Shown: positions 1 to 11,040 of the stretch, in pieces | How positions within the stretch are numbered: position 1 is the stretch's first letter | How the letters are laid out: each line of letters opens with the position of its first letter | Assembly (NCBI GenBank): GCA_977017575.1 | Contig: CDRNVI010000040.1 | Coordinates: 310,001-374,000, forward strand | Length of the DNA stretch: 64,000 nucleotides | DNA from: Paramoeba atlantica | Lineage: Eukaryota > Protista > Discosea | Direction: 5' to 3' | Notes under the pieces: generated by a model | The model's input: only the letters and a program-made list of their open reading frames with translations | Told to the model about the DNA's origin: nothing | The model's database searches: none | Made by a program: the position numbers and the translations under genes

Positions 1-1
1 T

Positions 2-1051
2 TCCCTTAATCGATCAAAAAGCTTAGTACATCCTCAAGTTACAATTCCCGTGCATAAAAATCATTCTTCAACTGAAATTTCTCCTGTGCATAATACACCA
101 GATTGGCAAAGTACATTGCGGACTTCAAGGCCGGCTACAGACTACATACCGGAGACTCAATTTCAATTTGAAGGGAACGGATACGAGTCAGGTTCTTTAA
201 TCTCCGGAAAAGATCACGTGACATATGGGCAGCATCCCAACTATCGAACAAGTGCAGAATCTTCTGTCCCAGCAGGATCGCATAGAATACAGGGTTCCAT
301 GCACATTGATCAAGTTTCGAATGATTATTCGCGGCATTCTCAATCCGACATGAGAGCCCAAAACATGGCACTAGTTAAAATGCATGCCACAAATGCCGTC
401 AGGCAACCACGTGGGGTTTCCACGCGATTTCGCGGAAACGAAGTACCTTTTGAACCACACGCACATGAACTCAAAGTAAGCGAATGTGGCATGGCGAGTG
501 GACCTTCAGAAGCCATAAGGGCCGCAGACCTGCATTCTACGTATTCTACGCTGCGTGAAACTACGAACTTTCCTCGAGTTTCGGATTATCATGACCGAGT
601 CTCACCTTCCCCTTCTTATCCGGTGAGTGATGCGTTACGAGAAGGGTCTGTTCTTTATACCAAGCTTTTAGATATTTCCGTTTTTCAAGATGATCCACGC
701 AGCAAGCTACATCATAACTCAAACATTCGTGGCTCGCGTGAGAAAGAGTCTCGGAGCGAAAGACGCATAGTGCAGGTCAGACATGTGCAGCGCCAGGGTG
801 AGCACGTAACCGTGGTAGTCGAAGTGATGGACCAAGTTACTACCCCGTATAACATTTCTAAAACACCAAGGAAAACGGATAAACCTTCCGAAGAGGGCCA
901 TATTTTAAGTCCAAGTGGTCGCTTGCTCACACTGCGCGTAAAAGATCTAGACTTAGGTGAAAACGCCATGTACGAAAATCGAAATAGAGAGCCTTCTTTT
1001 CTGCCAACAGTTGTTCCTCTTTCGGAAGTGCATTCTGTCTACGTCGTCTGA
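2..1051 (+). CDS. Hypothetical protein, 5'-truncated by the window edge
   Basis: Frame is open from base 2 to the TGA at 1049-1051; Ser/His-rich low-complexity part followed by a globular-looking C-terminus; no family recognised. Confidence 0.6.
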   Translation, partial: SLNRSKSLVHPQVTIPVHKNHSSTEISPVHNTPDWQSTLRTSRPATDYIPETQFQFEGNGYESGSLISGKDHVTYGQHPNYRTSAESSVPAGSHRIQGSMHIDQVSNDYSRHSQSDMRAQNMALVKMHATNAVRQPRGVSTRFRGNEVPFEPHAHELKVSECGMASGPSEAIRAADLHSTYSTLRETTNFPRVSDYHDRVSPSPSYPVSDALREGSVLYTKLLDISVFQDDPRSKLHHNSNIRGSREKESRSERRIVQVRHVQRQGEHVTVVVEVMDQVTTPYNISKTPRKTDKPSEEGHILSPSGRLLTLRVKDLDLGENAMYENRNREPSFLPTVVPLSEVHSVYVV

Positions 1052-1299
1052 CTTGCAAGGTACAGTGCAAGGTACAGTGCCGTTTTGAATGGCAGATCAA
1101 CAAGGACATGGGCAGCCCGTTCAAGTAGTTTTCCATACTTTCATACCTGTAGGTGCCTTCAGACGTCGAAGAGGCTCGAATTGCGAACGGACATCATAAT
1201 TTAGTATTCTTGTATTCAGTTTTGGTGGATGTACACACGTTGCTGAAAAACCTACATGCTTAAATCCCATTCCTAGTCCCTTTAAATCGCTAAACTGAA

Positions 1300-2320
1300 C
1301 TCCAAATACACTTCATTTTTCTCTCCCCAAAAAAGTCAAACACACCCCTACTTTCCCCTTCCCAACACCTCTACCCACACCTTATCTTCTCCTCCCTCCC
1401 TCCCTCCCTCCCCCATGCTCCACGACCTCTCCGACCCCGCCCAGTTCTCCCCCCCCGAACCCGACCCCACCCCCTTCACCGCCCTCCCCCGCTACCAGCA
1501 CTGGCGCAAGCGCGTCCGTGAGCTCTACCAAACCCTCTTCGTCTACGTCCCCGACCACCCCACCCCCACCCTCGCCCTCCTCCCCTACGTCCGCAACCTC
1601 CCCCGCGACCCCACCGTCGAGCACACCCTCGTCGTGGGCTCCCGCCGCCCCCCCGGGGCCCAGTCCTATCTCAGCCTGCTGAAGGCCAACACCCCCGCCC
1701 CCTCCACGCTCCCGGCCGACCCCGACACCGGGGAGCTCGGGGGCTACGGCCACGCCCCGGCCTCCTGCCGCGTCCGCCCCGACCTCCGCCTCTACCACAA
1801 CGGCGGGGTGCGACGCGTGCGGTGGGTCCCGTGGAACCCCAACCTGCTGGTGAGTGTGAGTACGGACGGCAGGGGGTACGTGTTTGACAAGACGGAGATT
1901 GCGCGGTCGAGGCGGCCGAACCACCCCGGGAGGGTGGCGCTGCCGGTGATGCCGCGGTCGGGGCGGGAGACGGGGGAGATGGGGGACGTCACGAGGAGTA
2001 TGACGTTTGAGGCGAAGCGGGTGAGGTATGAAAAGGCGGAGGCGGAGCAGGAGAGGTTTGATGGGGAGTGCGGGGCAGGGCAGCATAAGCTGGTGCTGGG
2101 GGGTGGGGTGGCGATGGGGGGTACGGCGCCGTTGGATGTGAATACGGATGCGAGGGGGTTGGTGGTGTCGGGGTTTGATCGGAAGGTGGTGGTGTGGAAT
2201 GTGGCGGATTGTGAGACGAGTGCGGTGAGGACGGAGACGAATGGGACGGGTCCGAGCCTGGACCCGCAGTGGAGCATGGAAGCGATGGGTGCGGTGAATG
2301 ACGTGAAGTTTGACAAGCTC
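1300..2320. other. C-rich to G/T-rich skew-switch island 1
   Basis: C-run-rich ~1321-1800, G-run-rich ~1840-2300; codon third positions switch from C to G/T. Confidence 0.9.
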
Positions 2321-2839
2321 GTTCCAGACTTAATGTATGCCGCTTGTGAAGGCAGCCACGGAGTTTCCCTTTTCGACATTCGAGAAACGGGTTCTTGTGG
2401 TAGCTTTTCTTTGCCCAGATACGCTGTAAGTATCGATCCGAGTCCTTTTTACGAATATATTCTCGCGGTAGGAGATGCGGAAGGTTGCGTGAGCGTATGG
2501 GACCGTCGGCAACTGAGTATACCTCTTGGCAGATACCTCCCACATCGAAAAGACACTGAAGTTAGCGTGCTAGCGTGGTCGGTGCACTGTCCCTCGCTTT
2601 TATCCTCAGGGGGGGAAGATGGAAATGTCGTCTTTTTGGATTATCCTAGTGGCGGTATCCGTTTCAAACACTGGGGCCATACCAGCACAATCGATGACAT
2701 ATCTTGGTCCTGGGTGGAGCAGTACCGAGGGTTAATGGCCTCTATCAGTTCTGAGGACCATCTCATGACCTTGTGGAAAATACGAAACGAGTTTTGGACG
2801 TCAGATCCTCAAGCATTTTGCAAATTGGAGAACGAGTGA
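1415..2839 (+). CDS. WD40 histone-binding protein, RBBP4/CAF-1 p48/MSI1-like
   Basis: RYQHWRKRVRELYQTL resembles the CAF1C H4-binding helix; HNGGVRRVRWVPWNP and FKHWGHTSTIDDISWS resemble RBBP4 WD repeats. Confidence 0.8.
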   Translation: MLHDLSDPAQFSPPEPDPTPFTALPRYQHWRKRVRELYQTLFVYVPDHPTPTLALLPYVRNLPRDPTVEHTLVVGSRRPPGAQSYLSLLKANTPAPSTLPADPDTGELGGYGHAPASCRVRPDLRLYHNGGVRRVRWVPWNPNLLVSVSTDGRGYVFDKTEIARSRRPNHPGRVALPVMPRSGRETGEMGDVTRSMTFEAKRVRYEKAEAEQERFDGECGAGQHKLVLGGGVAMGGTAPLDVNTDARGLVVSGFDRKVVVWNVADCETSAVRTETNGTGPSLDPQWSMEAMGAVNDVKFDKLVPDLMYAACEGSHGVSLFDIRETGSCGSFSLPRYAVSIDPSPFYEYILAVGDAEGCVSVWDRRQLSIPLGRYLPHRKDTEVSVLAWSVHCPSLLSSGGEDGNVVFLDYPSGGIRFKHWGHTSTIDDISWSWVEQYRGLMASISSEDHLMTLWKIRNEFWTSDPQAFCKLENE

Positions 2840-3147
2840 CTGGTGCTTCTTCGACTACTATCACAAGTGCTTGTGACATTTTTGGGTATTGTGGATTAGA
2901 TGTACAGAATGTTGAAACAGAGTACTTTAAGAGGTAAAGTACTTAGTAAAGTTTTTATCAATGGATTTAAAGAACTTTATTAGTGCATTACATACATTCT
3001 AGTTTTTTATGTCATAATGTCATTGAAGTAGTGATGTTATACTTCAATCAAAATCTTTCCTAGCCAGTAGTTTCGTGTTAAGAATAATTGGATGCAAATC
3101 TCTTGTTTTCTGATCAAACACTTGTGACTCTCTGTTTCGCACCCTGC

Positions 3148-6100
3148 ATGTATAGGATTCGCGCCTGCCATGTACGGAATCTCCAATGTTCAAACCTATT
3201 ATTTAGCCGAGGTAATCATCGCTACCTCTCGTCTCGAATACAGCCAGAACCGTGGACTCTTCATGACCTGTATCTAGTAGGCTACAAGCTTCGTGAGTTT
3301 TGTCATGATGATATCTTAAGCGGGGCACGCAAGCGCGTCTTAGCTTTGACGATGAAAAACATTTTAGAAGACGATAGCTCAGTGCAAACAGAAACGTTTT
3401 TCGAAGATCGTACTATTAAAGGCAGTGAAACAGATGACTCTGGTGCGGATGTCCACGAGAGTTACACATCTGATTACGAAAAAGTAACATCTAGGACTTG
3501 TACTAGTCGACGTGTTGCTATGTATATACGATGTTGTGCTATGTTAAATATACAGCGTAGCCATAATGTGCACGTTGAAGCTTTGCGGTGGGTCGTAAGT
3601 CGATTGACAAAATCAGCAGAGTTCTTTAGCGCGCCAAAAAAAATGTTGCTAGCACTCGGTCATGAAAACGAGGACATTGTTACTCCGCAGCATATGATTT
3701 GGATTTCTACTGACAACGCACTTGACTGGGGCTTTATGTCTGAATCCGCCAAATACTTTATACGGATCGCTCACCGTCTTTCACCAGCCAATATTCTAAA
3801 GGTACTCATTGCATTTCGTAAATCTGAAATGGAAAGTTTTGACCTATGTTCTCTTCTGGCAGATAAAGCCTGTATTCATGGAGATCGGATAAATGCCGCA
3901 CTAGCGTCACAGCTTCTCTTCTGCTTTCTTGCAGGGTTGCATTATCGGCCACATCCTGTGTATTCCGTCTTAGTCGCAATACTAATTAGGGGAATCTCTA
4001 ACTTGAGTAACAAAGCTTTACAAAACCTTATCGTGGTTCTTCCGAAACTAATGGTGCTGCCTAGATTACAGCGGATCGACTTGATTAACGCAATCAAAGA
4101 TACCTCGCGTAAGTCTCACCAGGGAGTATTAAAAGGTATAAAACTTAGCCAAGCTTCAATTTTTCTGCGAGAGCCTAATATGGATGTGGAACAATCTATT
4201 CGGACAGACATTAAACAGGCGGCTTTAGGGAAACTGTCTCCACTCGCAGCTACGCCAGAATGCGTACGTAATGAGAACACCCAACGCAAAATTACGCTTG
4301 AAGCACTTCAACATACACACAAGCAAGTGTCGTGTCTTTGTGAAGGATTTCACCATTGGAAATTGAATGAGGCTAGGGCTCAACAATTAGCTTCCGATTT
4401 GCGAGCTCTGGGGCGACGATTGCCTTCTTTTAGGAAAGTACTTCTCGAGGTACCATATTCAAATAAAGAAGATGGAACGCACGCGCTTGCTTTTAAGCTG
4501 ACGGCCGGTATGCTGAAAAATATTTTACTCATTGAAACGAAAAATCTCACGTGGAAGGGAGTTGCTCGAACTTCTAAGTCAGATAATCACAGAATTAAAT
4601 GTGGTGTACCAAGACAGAGCAATTTTAGGGTCCACGAAAAAGCAGAAAAGCATGCAGTAGAACTCGATCGTGCTCTATTATCCGTCGTATCTGAGTTAAT
4701 ACAATTTTTAAAAGTGTCCTCACAAAGGAATGCTAAACCTTTTTTGTCGGAGCTACCTCGCAAAGTGGTCCTTCGTTGTGCATCCTGTGTATCACACCCC
4801 TCAGCGATTCGAGCTAATAAAACCTCAGCTAATGAAGTTAGTAACGAATGCTTCCGTTTAATAGAAACTTGGGACCCGGAGGACTTGACACCAATCGAGT
4901 GCGCAGGAATACTTGAAATGTTCGGTTCTGACCCTAAGGTTCAATTACTTATCCAAAAGTTTCAGCCTTCGTGGGAGAAACTTGCAAATGTACTGAATTT
5001 ATCGCAATTGTACTCAATACTTCGAAGGCGAACTTTTTTTGCTAAGGAGGAAGTGAATTTCCTTCAGGCATTAGAAAATCGTGTGAAAGTAATAGCTGCT
5101 ACAGAAATAATTCCTAGGCTCAGAGACAGAGTCGTGATTTTAAATACTACTCCCACCAGCAGTGTCCAATTATCCCAGGACAAAGTGCAGCATGTGAGTG
5201 AAACGTCAGATTCAAGTTTAGAAGAAAAGATTAATCATTTGCTTCTGATTCTACGGCGCCTTATTTACTTATCCAATCGAGCACCTGTTTTATTGAAGTT
5301 GATTGGGGATATTCTTTCATTGTCCATATCAGCCAAAGTACATATCAACGATCACCTATTATTGGAATTAATTTATTTGCTCGCCAGAGAGCATAGCTGC
5401 AAACCGGAGCTTCTTGAATCCGCGGTTATGAAGCTTATGGCTAGTCGTATATTGACAACACCAGGAAATCTATCAAAAATTCTATTTTCTCTTGCATCTG
5501 CCTCCACGACAAAAGCTTACTTTCCGCGACTGGTTGCGGAACTACTTCCAAGAGTTCGAATCGTCATTGAAAACGCCCAATTGGAGGATATTTTTCTGCT
5601 CTCTTTCGCTTTTCAAACCTTCTCTGTGCCTCATCAAGCCATTTTGAACGCTATGTGTAATCAAGCACAAGAGATTTTCGAGCAGCAACATGAAAAGGAG
5701 AATATCTTTTTGGGTATTTTTCACCATATGCACTGCATTGAAAACTATTCTCCTCAGGCTCCGTGGAGTTCCTTTGGGTATGACCTTCTTGAGCGTTGGA
5801 TACCTAAGTCTGCTGACTTTGGCCTTTTGTTCCGGTTACCACGATCACTGACTAATATTTGTTGTGGGGCATTCCACTCGGATAAGAAAGTGTGGGAAGC
5901 AGTTTCTCGACTACTCGAGCAAGTCATCACACAATTACGCGTCCATTCACCGCTCTATCTCGTGAACACTGAAGAGCGGGTTAGAAATCAAGTTGAGCTT
6001 AGAGTTTTCACACCGACCTGTCTCTCTGATAGCACACCTTCTAACAGCGAATATTCTGTGTCAGAAAGCAGTCCCATAATGAAGTATACTTTTAGCGATT

Positions 6101-6660
6101 GCAATCAACTCGATGAGGAAACGCTGTTCGTACTCATTTGTTCGTTTTCGCAACTGTGCAGTCAGAGCACCCAGGGAAAGTTGAAGGTCGAATCACCTTC
6201 TGAAAAGAATGCAACAAAGATTCCGCATCAAAAGAAACGAAAAAGCAAAACTGACGTGAGTAAAGCGGTAGATGCAGCTAGCTCAAAGACTTCGGATGAA
6301 TACCTTGTAGAAATCAAATCAAAACTTATTGGTGAAATTAGTGCTTTCGTTTTTAGCATTCTGGACAATTCGAAGTGTGTCCCATTTATTCTGAATATGA
6401 AGATTTCGAAATTGCTTCCGGTCTTCCGAGCCTTGCAATCGATCTTAGCCATACGAAGTGACGTATGTAAAGCCAATCCAAACATCCTTCCAGCTTACAA
6501 TCTGACCTCACAGGAACAAATTGTAAAAACGATGTATCACAAACTAGCTCTCGTATATAAGGATAAGTCTCAAGTAATGGACGGTAAACAATACGACAAA
6601 CTCGAAGAATGCATTGCAGCTCAAAAAGAAATCGTCACTCTGTATCCAGAACTCGGGTAG
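3148..6660 (+). CDS. Large alpha-helical repeat protein, possibly FASTK/HPR-like organellar RNA-binding
   Basis: Long ORF (first ATG 3148); repeats such as LSPANILKVLIAF, PGNLSKILFSLAS, LEDIFLLSFAF; Arg-rich N-terminus. Family call is tentative. Confidence 0.7.
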   Translation: MYRIRACHVRNLQCSNLLFSRGNHRYLSSRIQPEPWTLHDLYLVGYKLREFCHDDILSGARKRVLALTMKNILEDDSSVQTETFFEDRTIKGSETDDSGADVHESYTSDYEKVTSRTCTSRRVAMYIRCCAMLNIQRSHNVHVEALRWVVSRLTKSAEFFSAPKKMLLALGHENEDIVTPQHMIWISTDNALDWGFMSESAKYFIRIAHRLSPANILKVLIAFRKSEMESFDLCSLLADKACIHGDRINAALASQLLFCFLAGLHYRPHPVYSVLVAILIRGISNLSNKALQNLIVVLPKLMVLPRLQRIDLINAIKDTSRKSHQGVLKGIKLSQASIFLREPNMDVEQSIRTDIKQAALGKLSPLAATPECVRNENTQRKITLEALQHTHKQVSCLCEGFHHWKLNEARAQQLASDLRALGRRLPSFRKVLLEVPYSNKEDGTHALAFKLTAGMLKNILLIETKNLTWKGVARTSKSDNHRIKCGVPRQSNFRVHEKAEKHAVELDRALLSVVSELIQFLKVSSQRNAKPFLSELPRKVVLRCASCVSHPSAIRANKTSANEVSNECFRLIETWDPEDLTPIECAGILEMFGSDPKVQLLIQKFQPSWEKLANVLNLSQLYSILRRRTFFAKEEVNFLQALENRVKVIAATEIIPRLRDRVVILNTTPTSSVQLSQDKVQHVSETSDSSLEEKINHLLLILRRLIYLSNRAPVLLKLIGDILSLSISAKVHINDHLLLELIYLLAREHSCKPELLESAVMKLMASRILTTPGNLSKILFSLASASTTKAYFPRLVAELLPRVRIVIENAQLEDIFLLSFAFQTFSVPHQAILNAMCNQAQEIFEQQHEKENIFLGIFHHMHCIENYSPQAPWSSFGYDLLERWIPKSADFGLLFRLPRSLTNICCGAFHSDKKVWEAVSRLLEQVITQLRVHSPLYLVNTEERVRNQVELRVFTPTCLSDSTPSNSEYSVSESSPIMKYTFSDCNQLDEETLFVLICSFSQLCSQSTQGKLKVESPSEKNATKIPHQKKRKSKTDVSKAVDAASSKTSDEYLVEIKSKLIGEISAFVFSILDNSKCVPFILNMKISKLLPVFRALQSILAIRSDVCKANPNILPAYNLTSQEQIVKTMYHKLALVYKDKSQVMDGKQYDKLEECIAAQKEIVTLYPELG

Positions 6661-7195
6661 CTAATTGCGTTTCACGTGAAATAGATAGGAAAACATGGTC
6701 ACTTTTTAGGAAATGTAAATGCCATTCCGTAAAGGGTACAAAACACGGGCGATACCAACGAAGAATAGAAACAACAAATTCTCTGTACCAATAAACGTGT
6801 CCTATTCGCACAATCTACCTCACAGTTACAGTGTATGTCCTTTTCGTATCACGGTGACACTTCCAAGATTCTTTTTTTATCAAAAGAAAATCTTATGTTT
6901 TCCAATTGACGACTTACGGTATCGATGCCTTACGACTTAAGTGGCCGGTAAAGGTGAAAAAAGGCAAAAACTGGAAAAACGAAAAGATCAATCAAAATCC
7001 AGTTTCCTACATTTATCATGGGAGTAATCACTATCCTTGGACAGATTTGCGAACAGCCGTTTTGTAGAATTAAGATAGACTGACATCAAATTTACTGATA
7101 CTTACTTATTTTACGAAAACGGGGGAAGTCACTTTTTAATATTAATCACTGAATTTCTCTCCTACTTCTGTGCGCTATGCATCTCACGAGTTCCT

Positions 7196-9973
7196 ATGTC
7201 AGACGTTCGTGCTCCTTGTCCAATAACTCACGAAGGACAGTCCACCATTTTTCTATACTTGAACGAATTGCTCAAAACAACTTTACCACATGACAAAAAA
7301 GGAGAGCACTCCGTTGATCTGCGAGATTCACACATTGCTGAGGAATTCGCAGACTCGGAAAGAATTCGTCAGCTAATTGTGGGGCTTTCTCATCAAATTA
7401 CTGGGTCACAGTTGTCTGAAGCGCTCGGTTGGAACTTTGTAAAGGATTCAACACCCTTTTCCAAGTACGATCATATTCAAAGTGATGATTTCACCAATTT
7501 TTCTTCACGTTTGCATGGTATCTTGAGTATTCCTGACCGGTGCATCGAAGTAGTCAAGCCATCGGATCTTCCTGATATTTTGCAGCACGAAAATTTCTTC
7601 AACGTTTGTGCTTGCTTGCTCTGGAATACCTACGCTAGTGCGCAAAGTCATCAATTGAATACGCAAGCGCTAATATTTTGTGCGGTGTATGTCCAACGTG
7701 GTCTCGCTGGATATTTGGCTCAAGGTTTAATACAGAATTTGCACGATAACAAGAACACTTTTCGTGAGCACTTTATTGATTCTCTCGTTATTCTTTACGA
7801 AGAGCACTCAATTCGCCACCGATCTTCGCGGGATATGTACAGGCTTGCCGTAGAAATTCTCATAAAAGTGACTTGTAGCATAGGCGATAGAGTCAATGCG
7901 AACAATGATGTTGCAATTCGAACCATGATCAGTCAATTTCTCTGTCGAATCCTAACTAAAATTGAGTCCGCAGGTAATATTATCGTTCGCATTTTACTGG
8001 ACAGAGCGTTATGCGCACCCGAAATTCTCGGATTTCTTTTTTATCATGTAGCGATGAAGGATTTGAATGTGCTTCGACGACTTTTTTCCGTTGTGGTCGA
8101 GATCTGGGCAGACGAACCATCTACAAAGCAATTTTCAGTCTCGTCTCAAAAGATCATAGGAATATCTATGCTATACTTGTTGCGTAGCGCGCTTGCTTAT
8201 GCCCAGAAAAGATCTGGGCTTGAGGAAGACCTTGAAAGTCGCACGCGTGCCATCACAGATACTGACGATCCTACGCTTATGGAGCCTCTTCAGATAGTTC
8301 TGTCGAACGTGACGGTGGGCGGATTTTTGTCTGGAGTGCATCACCGTCTTATTTCGCCGGATCAAAGTGTGCGAGAGTGGGGCGGCCTTGTTGCAATGAG
8401 ATGGAGCGAACTTGCCCACAAACGATCTCTTATGGAATCTAAGATAACGGAAACGGACGGTACAAATGTGGTTCAGTCACTTATCTTGGAAGAATATTAC
8501 GAACTGTACAAAACGAGGGAGAGTGATGAAACCAATGAAATAGCACTGTTTCAAGGATTATCCATCCCCGTAACAGGTAAAAACCAGAAGATGACGGAAA
8601 TGTGCGATCTTACTTGTGCGTCACAACCTATCAGAATGAAAGATACTTACAATGCAAATGGAGAAGGGATCGAGGAATTAAAGACTTTTTCAAGTGAGCA
8701 TATCTTTGGAACAGGCTTAAAGAAATCTGAAAACCTCTCAACTGAGGCACATAACGCATCGTTTAGGAACACTTTGTGCCTGACAGATTTCAAATCTACC
8801 CCAGGTCTTTCAAGTTACTGCACGCCGATCAGCTTTGAGCCCGGAACATCCTTTAAGAAGAAATCTTTGCGGCAGATACTTCTTCTGATGCAAAATTTTG
8901 AAACGGACGCAAAACAAAAACGATGTTCGAATACTCTTGCTGAAGAGGACGAAATAACTATTGAAGATTATGAATTCTTTCTTCAACACTTAATTCCCGA
9001 AAAACTCTTGGCCTCTCCGAATCGAAAATTTGGTGAAAACACAATGAACAATGAATTTGACGGAATTAATATAAGAATGACATGCAAGGATTCGTCGCAA
9101 GATATGAGTAGCAGCCTTGCTATGGAAGTTGTTGAAATAGTGAAGCACTTTCTACTTCCGAGAAATGATTACGGACTTTCTTCATACGACTCATCACGAA
9201 AACGCATCCTTCTTTTAGCTACTTCACGATTACCTGAATACGTAGTTCCATATTTGACGCATCAGTATTTTTCTGGAAATCTTGACCTATCTACTCGATT
9301 CGATATACTGACGACACTTCAAGAAACGGGGAGTCAGCTTGCTAATCATTCGGTAGATGTTCCAGCGGGTAAGCCTCAGAGCCCACTCTGCGACGATAAA
9401 CAGTCGAAGACGCTGCTTAAGCGTTACCCACCGTTGTCAAAATTTAGCTTCCGGCAGAGTTTAAAAGATCGTACCACGAGTGGAAATAAACATAAACCGA
9501 TAATTGTACGTAACGTTTATGATTCTGTAGCTCACATATTCATACAGCAGCTCCTTTTGGGATTTCAATCGTCTGGCACGAGATTCGCCGCAGAAGACAC
9601 GTCCCTATCGTCCAAATTTGTATCGACCCTCAATATACTTCTCCTTTTGCTTTCTACATCTTCTCACCGGTTTCTGTCTGCATGGTACAGTGTTTGTGAC
9701 TTCATTCATGCGATTCTTGAAGAGGATCTCCATCCATTTCTGCGAACGCACGTTTTGCGAGCATCGTGTCTCAATTGGGAGCGCATCGAGTCTGTTTCTC
9801 TGAATGCTGCTATTGAGAATAGACGACAACGACTGTTGCGCATTACGGAAGATATGCTCTATAGGAGCGTACAAACAGAAAACGTAAGAAAGGCTGCCAA
9901 AGACCTTCAAAAACGTTTGCAAAACTTTTCTTTTGCAAAAGCAATCACTACGCCATTGATCACTGAAGTTTAG
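7196..9973 (+). CDS. TEL2: Telomere length regulation protein TEL2 (TTT complex)
   Basis: LSGVHHRLISPDQSVREWGGLVA and YFSGNLDLSTRFDILTTLQE match conserved Tel2 blocks. Confidence 0.7.
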   Translation: MSDVRAPCPITHEGQSTIFLYLNELLKTTLPHDKKGEHSVDLRDSHIAEEFADSERIRQLIVGLSHQITGSQLSEALGWNFVKDSTPFSKYDHIQSDDFTNFSSRLHGILSIPDRCIEVVKPSDLPDILQHENFFNVCACLLWNTYASAQSHQLNTQALIFCAVYVQRGLAGYLAQGLIQNLHDNKNTFREHFIDSLVILYEEHSIRHRSSRDMYRLAVEILIKVTCSIGDRVNANNDVAIRTMISQFLCRILTKIESAGNIIVRILLDRALCAPEILGFLFYHVAMKDLNVLRRLFSVVVEIWADEPSTKQFSVSSQKIIGISMLYLLRSALAYAQKRSGLEEDLESRTRAITDTDDPTLMEPLQIVLSNVTVGGFLSGVHHRLISPDQSVREWGGLVAMRWSELAHKRSLMESKITETDGTNVVQSLILEEYYELYKTRESDETNEIALFQGLSIPVTGKNQKMTEMCDLTCASQPIRMKDTYNANGEGIEELKTFSSEHIFGTGLKKSENLSTEAHNASFRNTLCLTDFKSTPGLSSYCTPISFEPGTSFKKKSLRQILLLMQNFETDAKQKRCSNTLAEEDEITIEDYEFFLQHLIPEKLLASPNRKFGENTMNNEFDGINIRMTCKDSSQDMSSSLAMEVVEIVKHFLLPRNDYGLSSYDSSRKRILLLATSRLPEYVVPYLTHQYFSGNLDLSTRFDILTTLQETGSQLANHSVDVPAGKPQSPLCDDKQSKTLLKRYPPLSKFSFRQSLKDRTTSGNKHKPIIVRNVYDSVAHIFIQQLLLGFQSSGTRFAAEDTSLSSKFVSTLNILLLLLSTSSHRFLSAWYSVCDFIHAILEEDLHPFLRTHVLRASCLNWERIESVSLNAAIENRRQRLLRITEDMLYRSVQTENVRKAAKDLQKRLQNFSFAKAITTPLITEV

Positions 9974-10139
9974 TCGCTCAAACTGATAAAATAAGTTAAA
10001 AAAAAACTTTAACGATTTTAACTTTAGCTTTTTATTATTTGAAGCAATCCTCACAAAATCTAAAATCCTATTAGATTATCCTATTAAAAAAGCTGACAAA
10101 CACTATCCATTTTTTCCTCTTTCCTTGAATTCCGTTTTC

Positions 10140-11040
10140 TATCTTCCGTATCCTTTACCCCCACCGTGCCCGTATATGAATCCCGCCCAATCCCTCGGTA
10201 GCCGTATCTCGGTCATCAGCAAGAGCCAGGTGCGGTACGAGGGCTTCCTGCACAGCATCAACGAGTCCGACAACACCATGGTCCTTCGCAACGTGCGCAT
10301 GATGGGGACTGAGTCCCGGGACAGCGACCACGGCAAGATCCCCCCGGACCAGAAACTCTACGACCACATTGTGTTCAAAGGGGAGAACATCCAGACGGTG
10401 TATGTGTTCGAGGACGAGCCCTCGAGCAGCGGCGGCCCCGGCACGGCCTTCCAGGACCCTGCGATTGTACGAAGTCAGTTGGTGAGCGATACCCCGGGCG
10501 CGGGGAAGGAGGAAGGGGAGGGGAAGGAGAGAGGGGGGGCATGGGGAGAGGGGGGTAGACGAGGGGGGTTTCCCCGTGGGGAGGGGCCGCGAGGGTATTC
10601 TCGAGGGTATGCCGCAGCGGCGTATCGAGGGCGTGGTGGACGAGGGGGGGGGCGAGGGGGTGGGGGACGAGGGGGAGGGGGTGTTCGAGGTCGGGGCTAT
10701 CGCCGACCGTCGCATTTTTCTGCACATACCGGACGAGAATTTACGGTGGCGCCGGATCCAAGTGCGGCCCGGGAGGAATATAAGGAGGATTTCGATTTTG
10801 TGATGGATAATTTTGAGAAGGGTGATTTTTTGCGGTCCGGTGCGCAGAAAGGGTATGAGAAGGCGTCGTCATTTTTTGACACCATCTCGTCCGATGCAAC
10901 GGCGAAGAAGGGAGGGAGAAAGTCGACTGCGGAGATTCATGAAGAAAGGCAGCATGCGCGGAGTACGGATCAAGCAACGTTCGGTACCGATTTTATTAGA
11001 GGGTACCGGAACCAGTACCGTGGAGGGAGATACAACACAC
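10140..11040. other. C-rich to G-rich skew-switch island 2
   Basis: C-rich ~10150-10460, G-run-rich ~10490-11030. Confidence 0.8.

Noticed and set aside
1382-2543. Long minus-strand ORFs (234, 195, 184 aa)
   Set aside because: Shadows of the WD40 gene; extreme skew removes stop codons; Pro/Gly low complexity
10155-10727. Minus-strand ORFs over SCD6
   Set aside because: Shadow frames in a skew island
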